From an uncultured delta proteobacterium (GTDB lineage Bacteria > Myxococcota > Kuafuiibacteriia > Kuafuiibacteriales > Kuafuiibacteriaceae): DNA of 64,000 nt. Numbering within the stretch: position 1 is the stretch's first letter; every line of letters starts with the position of its first letter. A program made the position numbers and the translations under genes. The notes under the pieces were generated by a model that made no database searches, was not told the DNA's origin, and was given only the letters and a program-made list of their open reading frames with translations. Location: assembly GCA_963803435.1 (NCBI GenBank), contig CAWDML010000008.1:320001-384000 (forward strand), written 5' to 3'. This document shows positions 1 to 9,274 of this stretch, one piece after another.

Positions 1-376
1 CGGCGTTGGCGAGGAGCCAGATCAGAGAGGTGGTCAGCAGGCCGTAGAGCGCGACCCAGACGTAGAAGGCGTAGAAGATCCAGCCGGTGGCCAGCGGGAT
101 CAGGAGGCGGAAGCCGGCCAGCATCAGCATCATCGCCAGGTACGTGCGGAGGATCAGGCGGTCGGTGCGGATCCGCGAGGCGTAGCGCCCGTAGACGGCG
201 GCCGCCGCACCCCCGACGAGCGCCACCAGGATCAGCACGAACGGGAGCTGCTGGAGCCCGATCTTGTCGAGGAACAACGCGTTGCGAGCCGGCTTGAGCA
301 CGTACAGCGAGGCCAGGATCAGCGCGTAAGCGCTGGCGAGCGGCAAGACCCGGCGGAGCTCGTCGCGCCCAAGCAT
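1..376 (-). CDS. Npt1/Npt2 (TLC ATP/ADP translocase-like) MFS transporter, N-terminal part; runs off the window edge
   Basis: Manual translation from ATG at 376: MLGRDELRRVLPLASAYALILASLYVLKPARNALFLDKIGLQQLPFVLILVALV...FYAFYVWVALYGLLTTSLIWLLANA. The KPARNALFL and FYVW...WLLAN motifs are typical of this family. Not in the ORF track. Confidence 0.75.
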   Translation of the reverse strand, partial: MLGRDELRRVLPLASAYALILASLYVLKPARNALFLDKIGLQQLPFVLILVALVGGAAAAVYGRYASRIRTDRLILRTYLAMMLMLAGFRLLIPLATGWIFYAFYVWVALYGLLTTSLIWLLANA

Positions 377-561
377 CGGAGTTTCTCGGTCTATCAGGGC
401 GCTGTCCCGGGAGCGAGCCCTGCTATGATTCGCGCGTTCTGCACGCCCTCTTCGCACTGGTCGCGATCGCCGCCACGCGGACCGCCTCCGTCTCCGACCA
501 TGTTCTGATCGGGCACGCCCTCGGCGGCGGCACGCTCAACCCTCGAGCCGCCGCGCTCTTC

Positions 562-1290
562 GTGGGGCTCCGCGAGCATCGGGTCTATCACCGATCCGAG
601 AGCCCGCTGTTCGATCAGCTCTACGTCGACTACGGTGGGGAGATCCTCCTCTCGGCCAGCGTGCGTCCGGCGCTGTTCGTCGAGTGGCTCCCGCTGGCGA
701 TCCTCAAGATCCGCCTGCAGTACGAGCTCTGGGCCTGGAGCGGGCTCCACCTGGGCCTCGGCCACGGTCTCACCTTCGAGGGCAAGGACGCTCCGTTCGA
801 CCCCGACACGCTGGAGGCCCGCGAAGGGGAGGAGCGGGCCAACGTCGGCCACCGCGCGTTCGTCATGCCGACGCTCCAGCTCAGGCTGTGGAGGATCGTG
901 CTGGTCGACAACCTCGAGCTCGCCGCCTGGTTCGTCCACGGCGGTGCGGCCGGCGAATACTGGTACGACTCGATCGACGACAACCTGGTCAAGAAGGGTG
1001 GGCTCGACGGAACGCTCAAGAACCAGCTGATCGTCGGCGCGGTCCTCTGGGACGGCAGCGGCGACGCCCAGCTGGTCGCCGGCGTGGTCCACGAATATCT
1101 GCGCACCTTCTCCGCGGGCATCTCGCGACAGCGCCTGGCGATGTGCGTCTCGTACACGCTCGCCGATGCGCTTTGGGGCCTCCGCCGCCCGGCGATCCTG
1201 CTGCTGGGCGGGATCTATCTTCGCGACCGAAATCGAGAGGACGAGCTCTTCATCCAGCTCGGGCTCAAGGTCGACTACGAGTTCGATTGA
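562..1290 (+). CDS. Hypothetical protein, probable outer-membrane beta-barrel/secreted protein
   Basis: Good high-GC codon usage, amphipathic strands, C-terminal ...KVDYEFD. The frame is open upstream to ~430 with a signal-like stretch (RVLHALFALVAIAAT), so the true start is probably earlier. Confidence 0.55.
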   Translation: MGLREHRVYHRSESPLFDQLYVDYGGEILLSASVRPALFVEWLPLAILKIRLQYELWAWSGLHLGLGHGLTFEGKDAPFDPDTLEAREGEERANVGHRAFVMPTLQLRLWRIVLVDNLELAAWFVHGGAAGEYWYDSIDDNLVKKGGLDGTLKNQLIVGAVLWDGSGDAQLVAGVVHEYLRTFSAGISRQRLAMCVSYTLADALWGLRRPAILLLGGIYLRDRNREDELFIQLGLKVDYEFD

Positions 1291-1315
1291 GATGGGCGAT
1301 CAGCGCGAGCCGCAC

Positions 1316-1390
1316 GTGGGAGACCACCAACCGATCGTCCAGGGTGACCTGGACGTCGAGCTCGAGGGTGTCCACACCGACCGAGAGCGC
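1316..1390 (-). pseudogene. Short remnant resembling a glycerophosphodiester phosphodiesterase (GDPD) N-terminal motif
   Basis: Minus-strand translation ALSVGVDTLELDVQVTLDDRLVVSH matches the GDPD pattern A..G.D..E.DV..T.D..LVV.H. The HRG/PENT motif and the rest of the domain are absent. Confidence 0.5.
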
Positions 1391-1513
1391 CTGTCTTGGA
1401 CTTCCACCGGCCTCGAGATCATGGCCGTCTGCGTAACCAAGAGGCCATACAACAGGCGAAACGGTCGCTCGACGGTTGCCGTTCATGAAAGCGCGTGTGG
1501 TAACTTGTATGAG

Positions 1514-4144
1514 GTGCAGCTCCGACGATCGACGCTGTTGATCCTCTCCTCGATCGTCCTCTCCGCCTGCGCCGAACAGGCCCCACCGGCCGAGACCTCC
1601 GTCGAGCTCACCATCGCCTACGACTCCACGATGGGCGTCGATCGACTGGTCGTCTGGGGCACCAGCGAGGCCGGGACGACGCGCATCGACCAGCACTCCC
1701 TCGAGGCACCCTACAGCCTCGATCCGCCCGGCCTGCGCCAGGCGCCGATCGATCTCGTGGTTCGCGATGCGCTCGAGGGCGAGACGGTCGTGCTGCGCGT
1801 CGACGGCCGGACCGCGGACGGCAGCGTCGTCGGATCGGGCGCGACCTCCGTGGCGGTCGAGGTCGATCGCTCGGTCTCCGCGCTCGTGACGCTCGGAGCG
1901 CCGATCGTCTGCGGCGACGGGCATCGATCCAACCTGGAGGCCTGCGACGACGGCAACCAGATCGCCGGCGACGGCTGCTCCGACGTCTGCACGCTCGAGC
2001 CTGGCTCCGAGCAGTGTGGCGATGGCATCACCGCCGGCACCGAGGAGTGCGACGACGGCAACAACGCGGACGGCGACGGCTGCTCGGCGGCTTGCCGCCT
2101 GGAGGCCCAGGGCGCGTACGTCTACGAGGTGGAGCGCCTCGAACCCGCCACCACCACCAGCATCGACTTCGTCGACGTCCCGGGCGCTACGCTCACCTTC
2201 GTACCGAACGGCCCCTCCGATCGCTGGGTCGTGTTCGTCAGCGGCGTGCTCGGCTCGAGCAATCCCAGCCCGGTGACGGCCGAGATGCGGCTCCTGATCA
2301 ACGGGATCGAGGTCGACCACTTCGGACATCAGACCCTCGGCACCGACGACAACGATGCGGGCTTCTTGACGTTCGAGACGATCACCGGTGCCACGGAGGA
2401 GCAGGTGATCACGCCGCAGTTCCGCGCCGAGGTCGGGACCACGCGGGTGGCCAGCCTTCGGGTCGTCACGGTCCTCGTTCCGCCGGGCGCAGACTTCCAG
2501 TACGCGAAGCAGGACGAGATCCTGGAGGCGACCGGCGAGGGTCTCGACCTGGCCCGCATCGACTTCACACCCGCGAAGCCCGGCGAGTACGCGATCCTCG
2601 CCAAGGGCAACCTCACCGAGCTGCCCTCCGCCAGCACCGCCCAGATCTGGCTCGAGGACGATCATGGCGTCGCGCATCCGCTCCAGGGCTTCTCGTCGCC
2701 TCGGGCGGCCTGGCTGCCGGCGTTCGTCTCCATGACCGAGACCCTCGACGAGACTCCGAAGAGCTTCGTGGTGCGGGGCACCTCGAGCGGCACCGCCACG
2801 CTCGCCGACTGGTGGGACGAGTCGTTCTCGATGCGGCAGCCGATCGTGATCACGGCGCCGCCCGACGGCCTGCCTGCCGGCTACCCGGTGTCGGTCCGGT
2901 TCGATCATGCGGCCCAGGCGGCGCTGGGACGCTCGCTGCCCGACGGCAGCGACGTCTGGGTGGTCGCCCGCCTCGACGACGGGACCCTGGCGCCGATCGA
3001 TCGGGTGGTGGACGAGACCTCCAGCTGGAACCGGAGCGACACGCAGATCTGGTTCGACACCGTCCCGGGCGTGACGCCCGCGTACTGGCTCTACTGGAGC
3101 TCGGCCCGACCCGCGGTGCCGCCCGCCGATCCCGAGCGCGTCTTTCCGTTCTTCGACACCTTCGAGGGCACCCAGCTCGATCCGCTTCGATGGTCCGGGC
3201 GAACCGCGGCCGTGCAGAACGGCCAGCTGGTGCTGAGCGGCAACGCGTCGGTCCAGTCGGGGGGGACCTACGGCTCGAACACGCTGTGGGAGGCACAGAT
3301 CGCGTCGATCTCGAACGGCCAGGTGGGCACGGGCGGGCTCGTCGAGCTGCTGACGGGCAACCCGGACGGCAACGACACGGGGAGCGGCGTGGGCTTCTAC
3401 GGTCTCGGGCCGGCGCTGATCGCGCAGGCAGGCACGAACCAGACCGCGCTCCAGCTCATGGATCCCCTGGCGACGCACATCCTGGGCTTCGCCCGGCGCT
3501 CAGGCGCGGACGTGACCTTCTACGACGACGGCCAGCCGGTCGCCTCGCTGGCGGAGCCGGTTTTCGCCACGCCGGACTTGCGGGTTCGGATGTCGAACCC
3601 CGATCCCAACTTCGCCCTCGTGTACGACTGGGTCCGGATCCGACCGATCGTCGCTGCCGAGCCGCTGGTCGAGCTGGGCGCGATCGAGGGCCGCGCGGGC
3701 GCCTCTCCCAGCCAGTGGCGCAACCGCAAGCTGATGGCATTCCGCACCGACGTCTTCCTTCGGGCCTTCTCCGCGGCGGCGGACGCGAACGTCAGCACCA
3801 TGACCGACACGCCCGTGACCCTCACGTCGCTCGAGGTCCCGGCGCCCCCCACCGAGGTGGACGAGCTGGTCATCGCGTCCGCGCGCGTCTCCGGCGAGAG
3901 CTCGGCGACCGGTCGCAAGTCGGGCGAGGTCCGCGCGGACGGCGAGATCTTGGTCCGGACGGCGCATCGGATCAATCGAGACAGCAGTCGCACCTCCGGC
4001 TACCACCATGTGGTCGGAGTCGCAGACGCACGCCATACGTCCGCCTCCGCGCGGTATCAGGTCGACATCCGCTCGCCGGACGGCATCGAGGTCGACGGCG
4101 CGGGCGCCTCGATCCTCGTGCTCTCGTATCCATCTCGACGCTAG
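1514..4144 (+). CDS. Large lipoprotein with myxobacterial cysteine-rich repeats (DUF4215-like) and a DUF2341-like domain
   Basis: GTG 1514 gives a signal peptide with lipobox LSAC. Two CGDG...E.CDDGN...GDGCS..C repeats. WW...F.MRQPI.I...DGSDV...IWF...YWLYW...VFPFFDTFEG segment. Confidence 0.75.
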   Translation: MQLRRSTLLILSSIVLSACAEQAPPAETSVELTIAYDSTMGVDRLVVWGTSEAGTTRIDQHSLEAPYSLDPPGLRQAPIDLVVRDALEGETVVLRVDGRTADGSVVGSGATSVAVEVDRSVSALVTLGAPIVCGDGHRSNLEACDDGNQIAGDGCSDVCTLEPGSEQCGDGITAGTEECDDGNNADGDGCSAACRLEAQGAYVYEVERLEPATTTSIDFVDVPGATLTFVPNGPSDRWVVFVSGVLGSSNPSPVTAEMRLLINGIEVDHFGHQTLGTDDNDAGFLTFETITGATEEQVITPQFRAEVGTTRVASLRVVTVLVPPGADFQYAKQDEILEATGEGLDLARIDFTPAKPGEYAILAKGNLTELPSASTAQIWLEDDHGVAHPLQGFSSPRAAWLPAFVSMTETLDETPKSFVVRGTSSGTATLADWWDESFSMRQPIVITAPPDGLPAGYPVSVRFDHAAQAALGRSLPDGSDVWVVARLDDGTLAPIDRVVDETSSWNRSDTQIWFDTVPGVTPAYWLYWSSARPAVPPADPERVFPFFDTFEGTQLDPLRWSGRTAAVQNGQLVLSGNASVQSGGTYGSNTLWEAQIASISNGQVGTGGLVELLTGNPDGNDTGSGVGFYGLGPALIAQAGTNQTALQLMDPLATHILGFARRSGADVTFYDDGQPVASLAEPVFATPDLRVRMSNPDPNFALVYDWVRIRPIVAAEPLVELGAIEGRAGASPSQWRNRKLMAFRTDVFLRAFSAAADANVSTMTDTPVTLTSLEVPAPPTEVDELVIASARVSGESSATGRKSGEVRADGEILVRTAHRINRDSSRTSGYHHVVGVADARHTSASARYQVDIRSPDGIEVDGAGASILVLSYPSRR

Positions 4145-4172
4145 AACCGGGCGCCGTCTATGCTCCGTGCAC

Positions 4173-5249
4173 GTGCACGTCGAGCAGATGAATCAGATCC
4201 TCGAGATGGGCCTGAAGAGCGGGGCGTCGGACATCCACTTCAAGGCCGGCGGGCCCCCGGCGCTGCGGCTCAACGGCGTCCTCACCTACCTGAAGATGGA
4301 CGTGCTGCGCCCGGCAGACACGCGGCAGATCGTGCTCAACCTGCTCGGCGCCAACCTGATTCGCGAGCAGATCGACTCACTCCAGGAGTACGACACCTCC
4401 TATTCGCTGAGCGGGATCGGCCGCTTTCGCGTGAACGCCTACCGGCAACGCGGGACGCTCTCGGCGATCCTTCGCGTCATCCCTCGAGAGGTCCCGAACG
4501 TCGACCAGCTGGGTCTGCCGCGACACATCCTGTCGCTCGCGAACGAGGAGCGCGGCATGGTCCTGGTGACGGGCGCCTCGGGACAGGGCAAGAGCACCAC
4601 GCTGGCCGCGCTGATCAATCACATCAACCACACCCGCAACGCGCACATCGTCACGATCGAAGATCCGATCGAGTACCTGCACCGCAACGCGCAGAGCTCG
4701 ATCAGCCAGCGGGAGATCGGCGTCGACACCGCGAACTATCACGTCGCTCTGCGGGCTGCGCTCCGCCAGGATCCCGACGTCATCCTCGTCGGCGAGATCA
4801 GGGACGGTGAGGCGGTCGACATCTCGCTCAAGGCCTCCGAGACCGGTCACCTCGTCTACTCGACGATCCACACCACCGACGCGTCGAAGACGATCGGGCG
4901 CCTGATCTCGATGTTTCCCGCCAACGAGGCGATGTCGGCGCGCATCCGGATCGCGGAGAACCTCGCGGGCACGATCAGCCAGCGCTTGCTCCCGCGCGCC
5001 GACAATCGCGGGCGCGTCGTCGCGATCGAGCTGATGATCGTGACGAAGACGATCCAGGAGTACATCAAGGATCCGTCGCGTACCGCCGAGCTCAAGGACG
5101 CCATCGAGAAGGGGCGAGGCCAGTACGGCATGCAGTCGTTCGACCAGCACCTGATCCAGCTCTACCAGAACGGGTTCATCACCCTCGAGACCGCCAAGTC
5201 CGCCGCCACCAACCCCTCGGACTTCGAGCGGGCGTTGCACTTTGGATGA
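4173..5249 (+). CDS. pilT: PilT/PilU-family type IV pilus retraction ATPase (paralogue)
   Basis: GASDIH, Walker A GASGQGKST, TIEDPIEY, LRQDPDVILVGEIRD, SETGHLV.STIHT, GMQSFDQ. The canonical AIRNLIRE motif is replaced by TIQEYIKD. Confidence 0.9.
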   Translation: MHVEQMNQILEMGLKSGASDIHFKAGGPPALRLNGVLTYLKMDVLRPADTRQIVLNLLGANLIREQIDSLQEYDTSYSLSGIGRFRVNAYRQRGTLSAILRVIPREVPNVDQLGLPRHILSLANEERGMVLVTGASGQGKSTTLAALINHINHTRNAHIVTIEDPIEYLHRNAQSSISQREIGVDTANYHVALRAALRQDPDVILVGEIRDGEAVDISLKASETGHLVYSTIHTTDASKTIGRLISMFPANEAMSARIRIAENLAGTISQRLLPRADNRGRVVAIELMIVTKTIQEYIKDPSRTAELKDAIEKGRGQYGMQSFDQHLIQLYQNGFITLETAKSAATNPSDFERALHFG

Positions 5250-5767
5250 GCGGCGCCGATGTGGTAAGCGACCCCGGCATGAGCGATCCCAAGCCTTTGG
5301 TCGGCATCGTCATGGGCAGCAAGAACGACTGGGCGGTCCTCGAGTCCGCGGCCCAGATGCTGGCCCAGCTCCAGATCCCATACGAAGCCAAGGTGCTATC
5401 GGCGCACCGTACCCCCGAAGAGACGCTCGCCTATGCGGGCGACGCCGAGGGACGCGGCCTCGAGGTCCTGATCGCCGGGGCGGGGATGGCGGCGGCTCTC
5501 CCGGGCGTGCTGGCGGCCAAGACCACCGTTCCGGTCCTCGGCGTGCCCATCGACGCTAGCCTCGGCGGGCTGGACGCGCTGCTCTCGATCGTCCAGATGC
5601 CGAAGGGCGTGCCGGTCGGTACCCTGGCCGTCGGCAAGGCGGGCGCCGCCAATGCTGCGCTCCTGGCGGCGGCCATCCTCGGCAACGCTCGCCCCGAGAT
5701 CCGCGCGCGGATCAAAGCCTTCCGGGAGCAGCGCAAGGCGGAAGTGCTCGGCGCGAGCCTTCCGTGA
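5246..5767 (+). CDS. purE: N5-carboxyaminoimidazole ribonucleotide mutase
   Basis: VGIVMGSKND, SAHRTP, IAGAGMAAALPG, LLSIVQMPKGVPVGT. Alternative start at ATG 5279. Confidence 0.95.
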   Translation: MSGADVVSDPGMSDPKPLVGIVMGSKNDWAVLESAAQMLAQLQIPYEAKVLSAHRTPEETLAYAGDAEGRGLEVLIAGAGMAAALPGVLAAKTTVPVLGVPIDASLGGLDALLSIVQMPKGVPVGTLAVGKAGAANAALLAAAILGNARPEIRARIKAFREQRKAEVLGASLP

Positions 5768-5781
5768 TATAGCGCGGCCCC

Positions 5782-6495
5782 TTGGCCATCAGCGTCCCCA
5801 TCCCCGGGCCGCTCCGCTCGGCTCGGTTCGTCGATCGGCCGAATCGATTCCTGGTCCGCGTTGCGCTCGAGCCGGAAGGTGAGCTCGTCACGGCCCATCT
5901 CGCCGATCCGGGACGTCTCACCGACATGCTGAGCCCCGACGTCCAGATCTTCGTGCGCGCGGTGGACGAGGAGGGCACGCGCAAGACCAAATGGACCGCG
6001 GTGTTGCTGTCCGCGCAAGGGACGCTGGTCTCGCTGGACACGGTGCTGCCGAACCGGCTGGTGCGGGCCGCGCTGGAGCGGGACGCGATCGACGAGCTTC
6101 AAGGCTGGGGGATCGAGCGGGCCGAGGCGCCGATCGGCCACTCGCGCTTCGACTTCCTGCTCAAGAACGCATCGGGCGAGCAGATCGTGCTCGAGATCAA
6201 GAGCGTCACGATGGTTCAGCGGGGCGTCGGTCTGTTCCCCGACGCGCCCACCGAGCGCGGGACCCGGCACGTCGAGCAGCTCATCGAGATCCAGGGCCGG
6301 CCCGGCTGGCACGCGGCGCTGTTGTTCGTGGCCCAGCGCATCGACGTGGAGAGCGTGGCGGCGGCCGGTGGGATCGATCCGAACTTCGCTCGCGCGCTCG
6401 ATCAGGCCCGCTCCGCCGGAGTGCGGGTGATGGCCAAGCGCTGCCAGGTCACGCTGGAGGAGATCGTCCTCGGGGTCACGGTGCCGGTGATATGA
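5782..6495 (+). CDS. sfsA: DNA/RNA nuclease SfsA (sugar fermentation stimulation protein)
   Basis: RPNRF, HL.DPGRL, RKT, SRFDFLL, EIKSVT, FPDAPTERG.RH, DP.F motifs. Confidence 0.92.
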   Translation: MAISVPIPGPLRSARFVDRPNRFLVRVALEPEGELVTAHLADPGRLTDMLSPDVQIFVRAVDEEGTRKTKWTAVLLSAQGTLVSLDTVLPNRLVRAALERDAIDELQGWGIERAEAPIGHSRFDFLLKNASGEQIVLEIKSVTMVQRGVGLFPDAPTERGTRHVEQLIEIQGRPGWHAALLFVAQRIDVESVAAAGGIDPNFARALDQARSAGVRVMAKRCQVTLEEIVLGVTVPVI

Positions 6496-7148
6496 AGGTC
6501 GGTTCCAGGCGGCCGCTCCACTTCGTGCGCTACTCCGAGGAAGAGATGCGGGATCGTGCCTGCGCGTTCCGCGAGCAGATGGGCGAGCGAAGGTCGGTGC
6601 GCGACTTCAGCCCCGAGCCGGTCCCCGAGGAGGTGCTGCTCGAAGCGATCCGCGCGGCGGCGTCGGCGCCCTCGGGGGCGCACAAGCAGCCGTGGACCTT
6701 CGTGCTGGTGACCGATCCCGAGATCAAGCGTCGGATCCGCGAAGCCGCCGAAGAGGAGGAGCGCGCCTTCTACAGCGGCCGTGCGCCCGAGCGCTGGCTC
6801 GAGGATCTCGAGCCGCTCGGCACCGGGCCGGACAAGCCGTTCCTCGAGACCGCGCCCGCGCTGATCGTGGTGTTCGCGCAGAAGCACGGCGGCGAGCGTG
6901 GATCGCGGCACTACTACGTCAACGAGTCCGTGGGCATCGCCTGCGGGTTCCTGATCGCGGCACTTCACCACGCAGGGCTCTGCACGCTCACGCACACGCC
7001 GAGCCCGATGGGATTTCTGTCCGAGATCCTCGGTCGTCCCGATCACGAGCGCGCCTACGTGTTGATGCCGGTTGGCTACCCGACTGAGGACTGCCAGGTC
7101 CCAGACCTCGAGCGTAAGCCGCTCTCGGAGGTGCTCGTTCGCAAGTGA
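6492..7148 (+). CDS. Nitroreductase-superfamily flavoprotein, iodotyrosine deiodinase (IYD)-like
   Basis: ATG 6492 overlaps the sfsA stop. RRSVRDFS, APSGAHKQPW, IREAAEEEER.FY, W..DL.PLGT...KPFLETAP, YY..ESVGIA.G, LTHTPSPM. Confidence 0.85.
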   Translation: MKVGSRRPLHFVRYSEEEMRDRACAFREQMGERRSVRDFSPEPVPEEVLLEAIRAAASAPSGAHKQPWTFVLVTDPEIKRRIREAAEEEERAFYSGRAPERWLEDLEPLGTGPDKPFLETAPALIVVFAQKHGGERGSRHYYVNESVGIACGFLIAALHHAGLCTLTHTPSPMGFLSEILGRPDHERAYVLMPVGYPTEDCQVPDLERKPLSEVLVRK

Positions 7149-7216
7149 GCTTGCGTGCGATCTTCGCCGGATAGGCACACCCGACCGAGTTGCGGCAGGT
7201 TGGACGGGTTTTTCAG

Positions 7217-8299
7217 ATGTGGAGGACCAAAGAAGGCAGCACGGGTCGCCTGATCCAGCTCTGCGTCGGATACTTCATCTTCTACGTCATCACCGGCTAC
7301 ACGGTGAAGTACTTCCTGGGGAAGCCGGAGCTCGGCCTGCCCGGGATGTCCGGGATCGAGTTCCTCGTCTACAGCACGTTCGGCGGCACGCTCATCTGCG
7401 TGGGCGTGGTGGTGCTGCTCCGCTGGTTCCACCTCCGTTCCAACAAGTTGATCACGTGGGGCCCGCTCACGTTTCCGAGCGAGTACCTCTACATCATCCC
7501 CTCGGGCCTCTGCACCGCCGTGGTCATCCCCACCACCACGCTGATGTACACGCTGCCGATCTCGGTGATGGTCGCGATGGTGATGATGCGCGGCAGTGTC
7601 ATCGTGATCAGCCGCGTGGTCGACGCCGTGCAGATCCGCCAGGGCATCCTGACCAAGGTCGTCTACTGGGAGGAGAACGTGGCGGTCGGGCTGGCCTTGT
7701 TGGCCGTCAGCGTCCACCTCTTCGGCGGCGAGGGGCAGGGCAACTTCGATTTCCTGCAGAACTCCGCGGCCATCTCGATCCTGGGCAGCTACATCCTCGC
7801 GTACCTGATCCGCATCTACATCATGAACTACTACAAGAACACGCGGCCGAAGGGGGCAGCCAGCGACAACCGTGGGTTCTTCGCGGTGGAGCAGATCGCG
7901 TCGACGGTGTTCTTGGTGATGGCGGCGGCGGCCGTCTATTTCGCTCTGCCGCTCCTGGGGTTCGAGGGACCGCGCATCACCCAGTTCCACTCCGCCATCG
8001 CCTCGCCTCTTCCGCTCTTCCCCCAGGCCATCCTCGCCGGGATGGCCTTCGGGATGGTCGCGTTCTTCTCGGTCTTCATCTTCATGTTCAAGGGACGGAC
8101 GGCGACCTTCGCCGGGCTGGTGAACCGACTGACCTCGCTGATCGCCGGGACCACCTCGACCGTCCTCTTTGCGTTGACCTTCAGCTCCCGCTGGCCCACA
8201 GCCGAGGACTGGGGCTCGCTGGCGATCATCCTGGTGGCGGTCGGATTCCTCACCCTCGCCGAGAGACGGAGAGCGATCGAGCTGGCCCGGGAGAAGTGA
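7217..8299 (+). CDS. Polytopic membrane protein (~10 TM), possible DMT/EamA-like transporter
   Basis: About ten hydrophobic segments in two roughly repeated halves; strong codon bias. The family assignment is inference. Confidence 0.7.
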   Translation: MWRTKEGSTGRLIQLCVGYFIFYVITGYTVKYFLGKPELGLPGMSGIEFLVYSTFGGTLICVGVVVLLRWFHLRSNKLITWGPLTFPSEYLYIIPSGLCTAVVIPTTTLMYTLPISVMVAMVMMRGSVIVISRVVDAVQIRQGILTKVVYWEENVAVGLALLAVSVHLFGGEGQGNFDFLQNSAAISILGSYILAYLIRIYIMNYYKNTRPKGAASDNRGFFAVEQIASTVFLVMAAAAVYFALPLLGFEGPRITQFHSAIASPLPLFPQAILAGMAFGMVAFFSVFIFMFKGRTATFAGLVNRLTSLIAGTTSTVLFALTFSSRWPTAEDWGSLAIILVAVGFLTLAERRRAIELAREK

Positions 8300-9270
8300 T
8301 GACCAAACTACTGAAGACGGTGTTGCTCCTGGCGCTGCCGGCCTCCGGCAAGTCCGAAGTGCGCCGCTACCTCAAGAGCCGGGACCCGGAATCCGTGAAG
8401 CGCGACTTCCACATGGGCGCGACCGTTCAGCTCGACGACTATCCGTACGTCCATCTCATGCGCTGCACCGACGACGCTCTGGCTGCCACCGGCGCGCCCC
8501 GGCTCTTCTTCGCCGCGCCCGATCGGTCGTTCATCGACGGACGTGATTGGGGAACGCTCATCGAGCTGCTCAACGAGGACTACGAGGATCTGATCGCCAA
8601 GACCGAGCACCAGCCGACCTCACCCGCGACGTTCCTGTTCGAGCGCTTCGATCGGGCTGCGGGTCGGGTCGGGATCGCGCCGCGGTTCGGTTCGCTCGAT
8701 CCGAAGACGCGGACCGCGCTGGCCGACGCGCTCGAGAAGGAGGCCGCCGCTCAGCTCGCCGAGAAGATGGCCGGCTATCCGGACACGCTGGAGGGCAAGA
8801 CGCTGGTCATGGAGTTCGCACGGGGCGGACAGCAGGGCGCCACCATGCCGCTTCCGGCCCCGTTCGGTTACCGGTACTCGATCGGCCGACTGTCGCCTGC
8901 AATCCTCGCCGGCGCCGGCATCCTCTACATCTGGGTCACGCCCGAGGAGTCGCGCCGGAAGAACGAGGATCGCGCCGATCCGAACGACCCGGGCTCGATC
9001 CTGCACCACGGCGTCCCCCACCGGGTGATGATCGACGACTACGGGTGCGACGACATGGATTGGCTGGAGGTCAGCGCCCGCAAGCCGGGGACCGTGCCCA
9101 TCACCAACGGGGACGGCAAGACCTGGGACGTCCCGATGGCGCGCTTCGACAACCGAGTCGACAAGACCTCGTTCATCCGCGACGATCCTCATTCCTGGAA
9201 GGAGGAGGATGTCCGCGCGGTGCACGACGGGCTCGAGGAGGCGCTGGCACGTCTCGTTGCTCTCGCTTGA
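8299..9270 (+). CDS. Uncharacterised P-loop NTPase / small-molecule kinase-like protein
   Basis: ATG overlaps the upstream TGA (TGATG). N-terminal VLLLALPASGKS Walker A variant, then LDDYPY, MEFARGG and R..N..R. Confidence 0.7.
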   Translation: MTKLLKTVLLLALPASGKSEVRRYLKSRDPESVKRDFHMGATVQLDDYPYVHLMRCTDDALAATGAPRLFFAAPDRSFIDGRDWGTLIELLNEDYEDLIAKTEHQPTSPATFLFERFDRAAGRVGIAPRFGSLDPKTRTALADALEKEAAAQLAEKMAGYPDTLEGKTLVMEFARGGQQGATMPLPAPFGYRYSIGRLSPAILAGAGILYIWVTPEESRRKNEDRADPNDPGSILHHGVPHRVMIDDYGCDDMDWLEVSARKPGTVPITNGDGKTWDVPMARFDNRVDKTSFIRDDPHSWKEEDVRAVHDGLEEALARLVALA

Positions 9271-9274
9271 GCGA

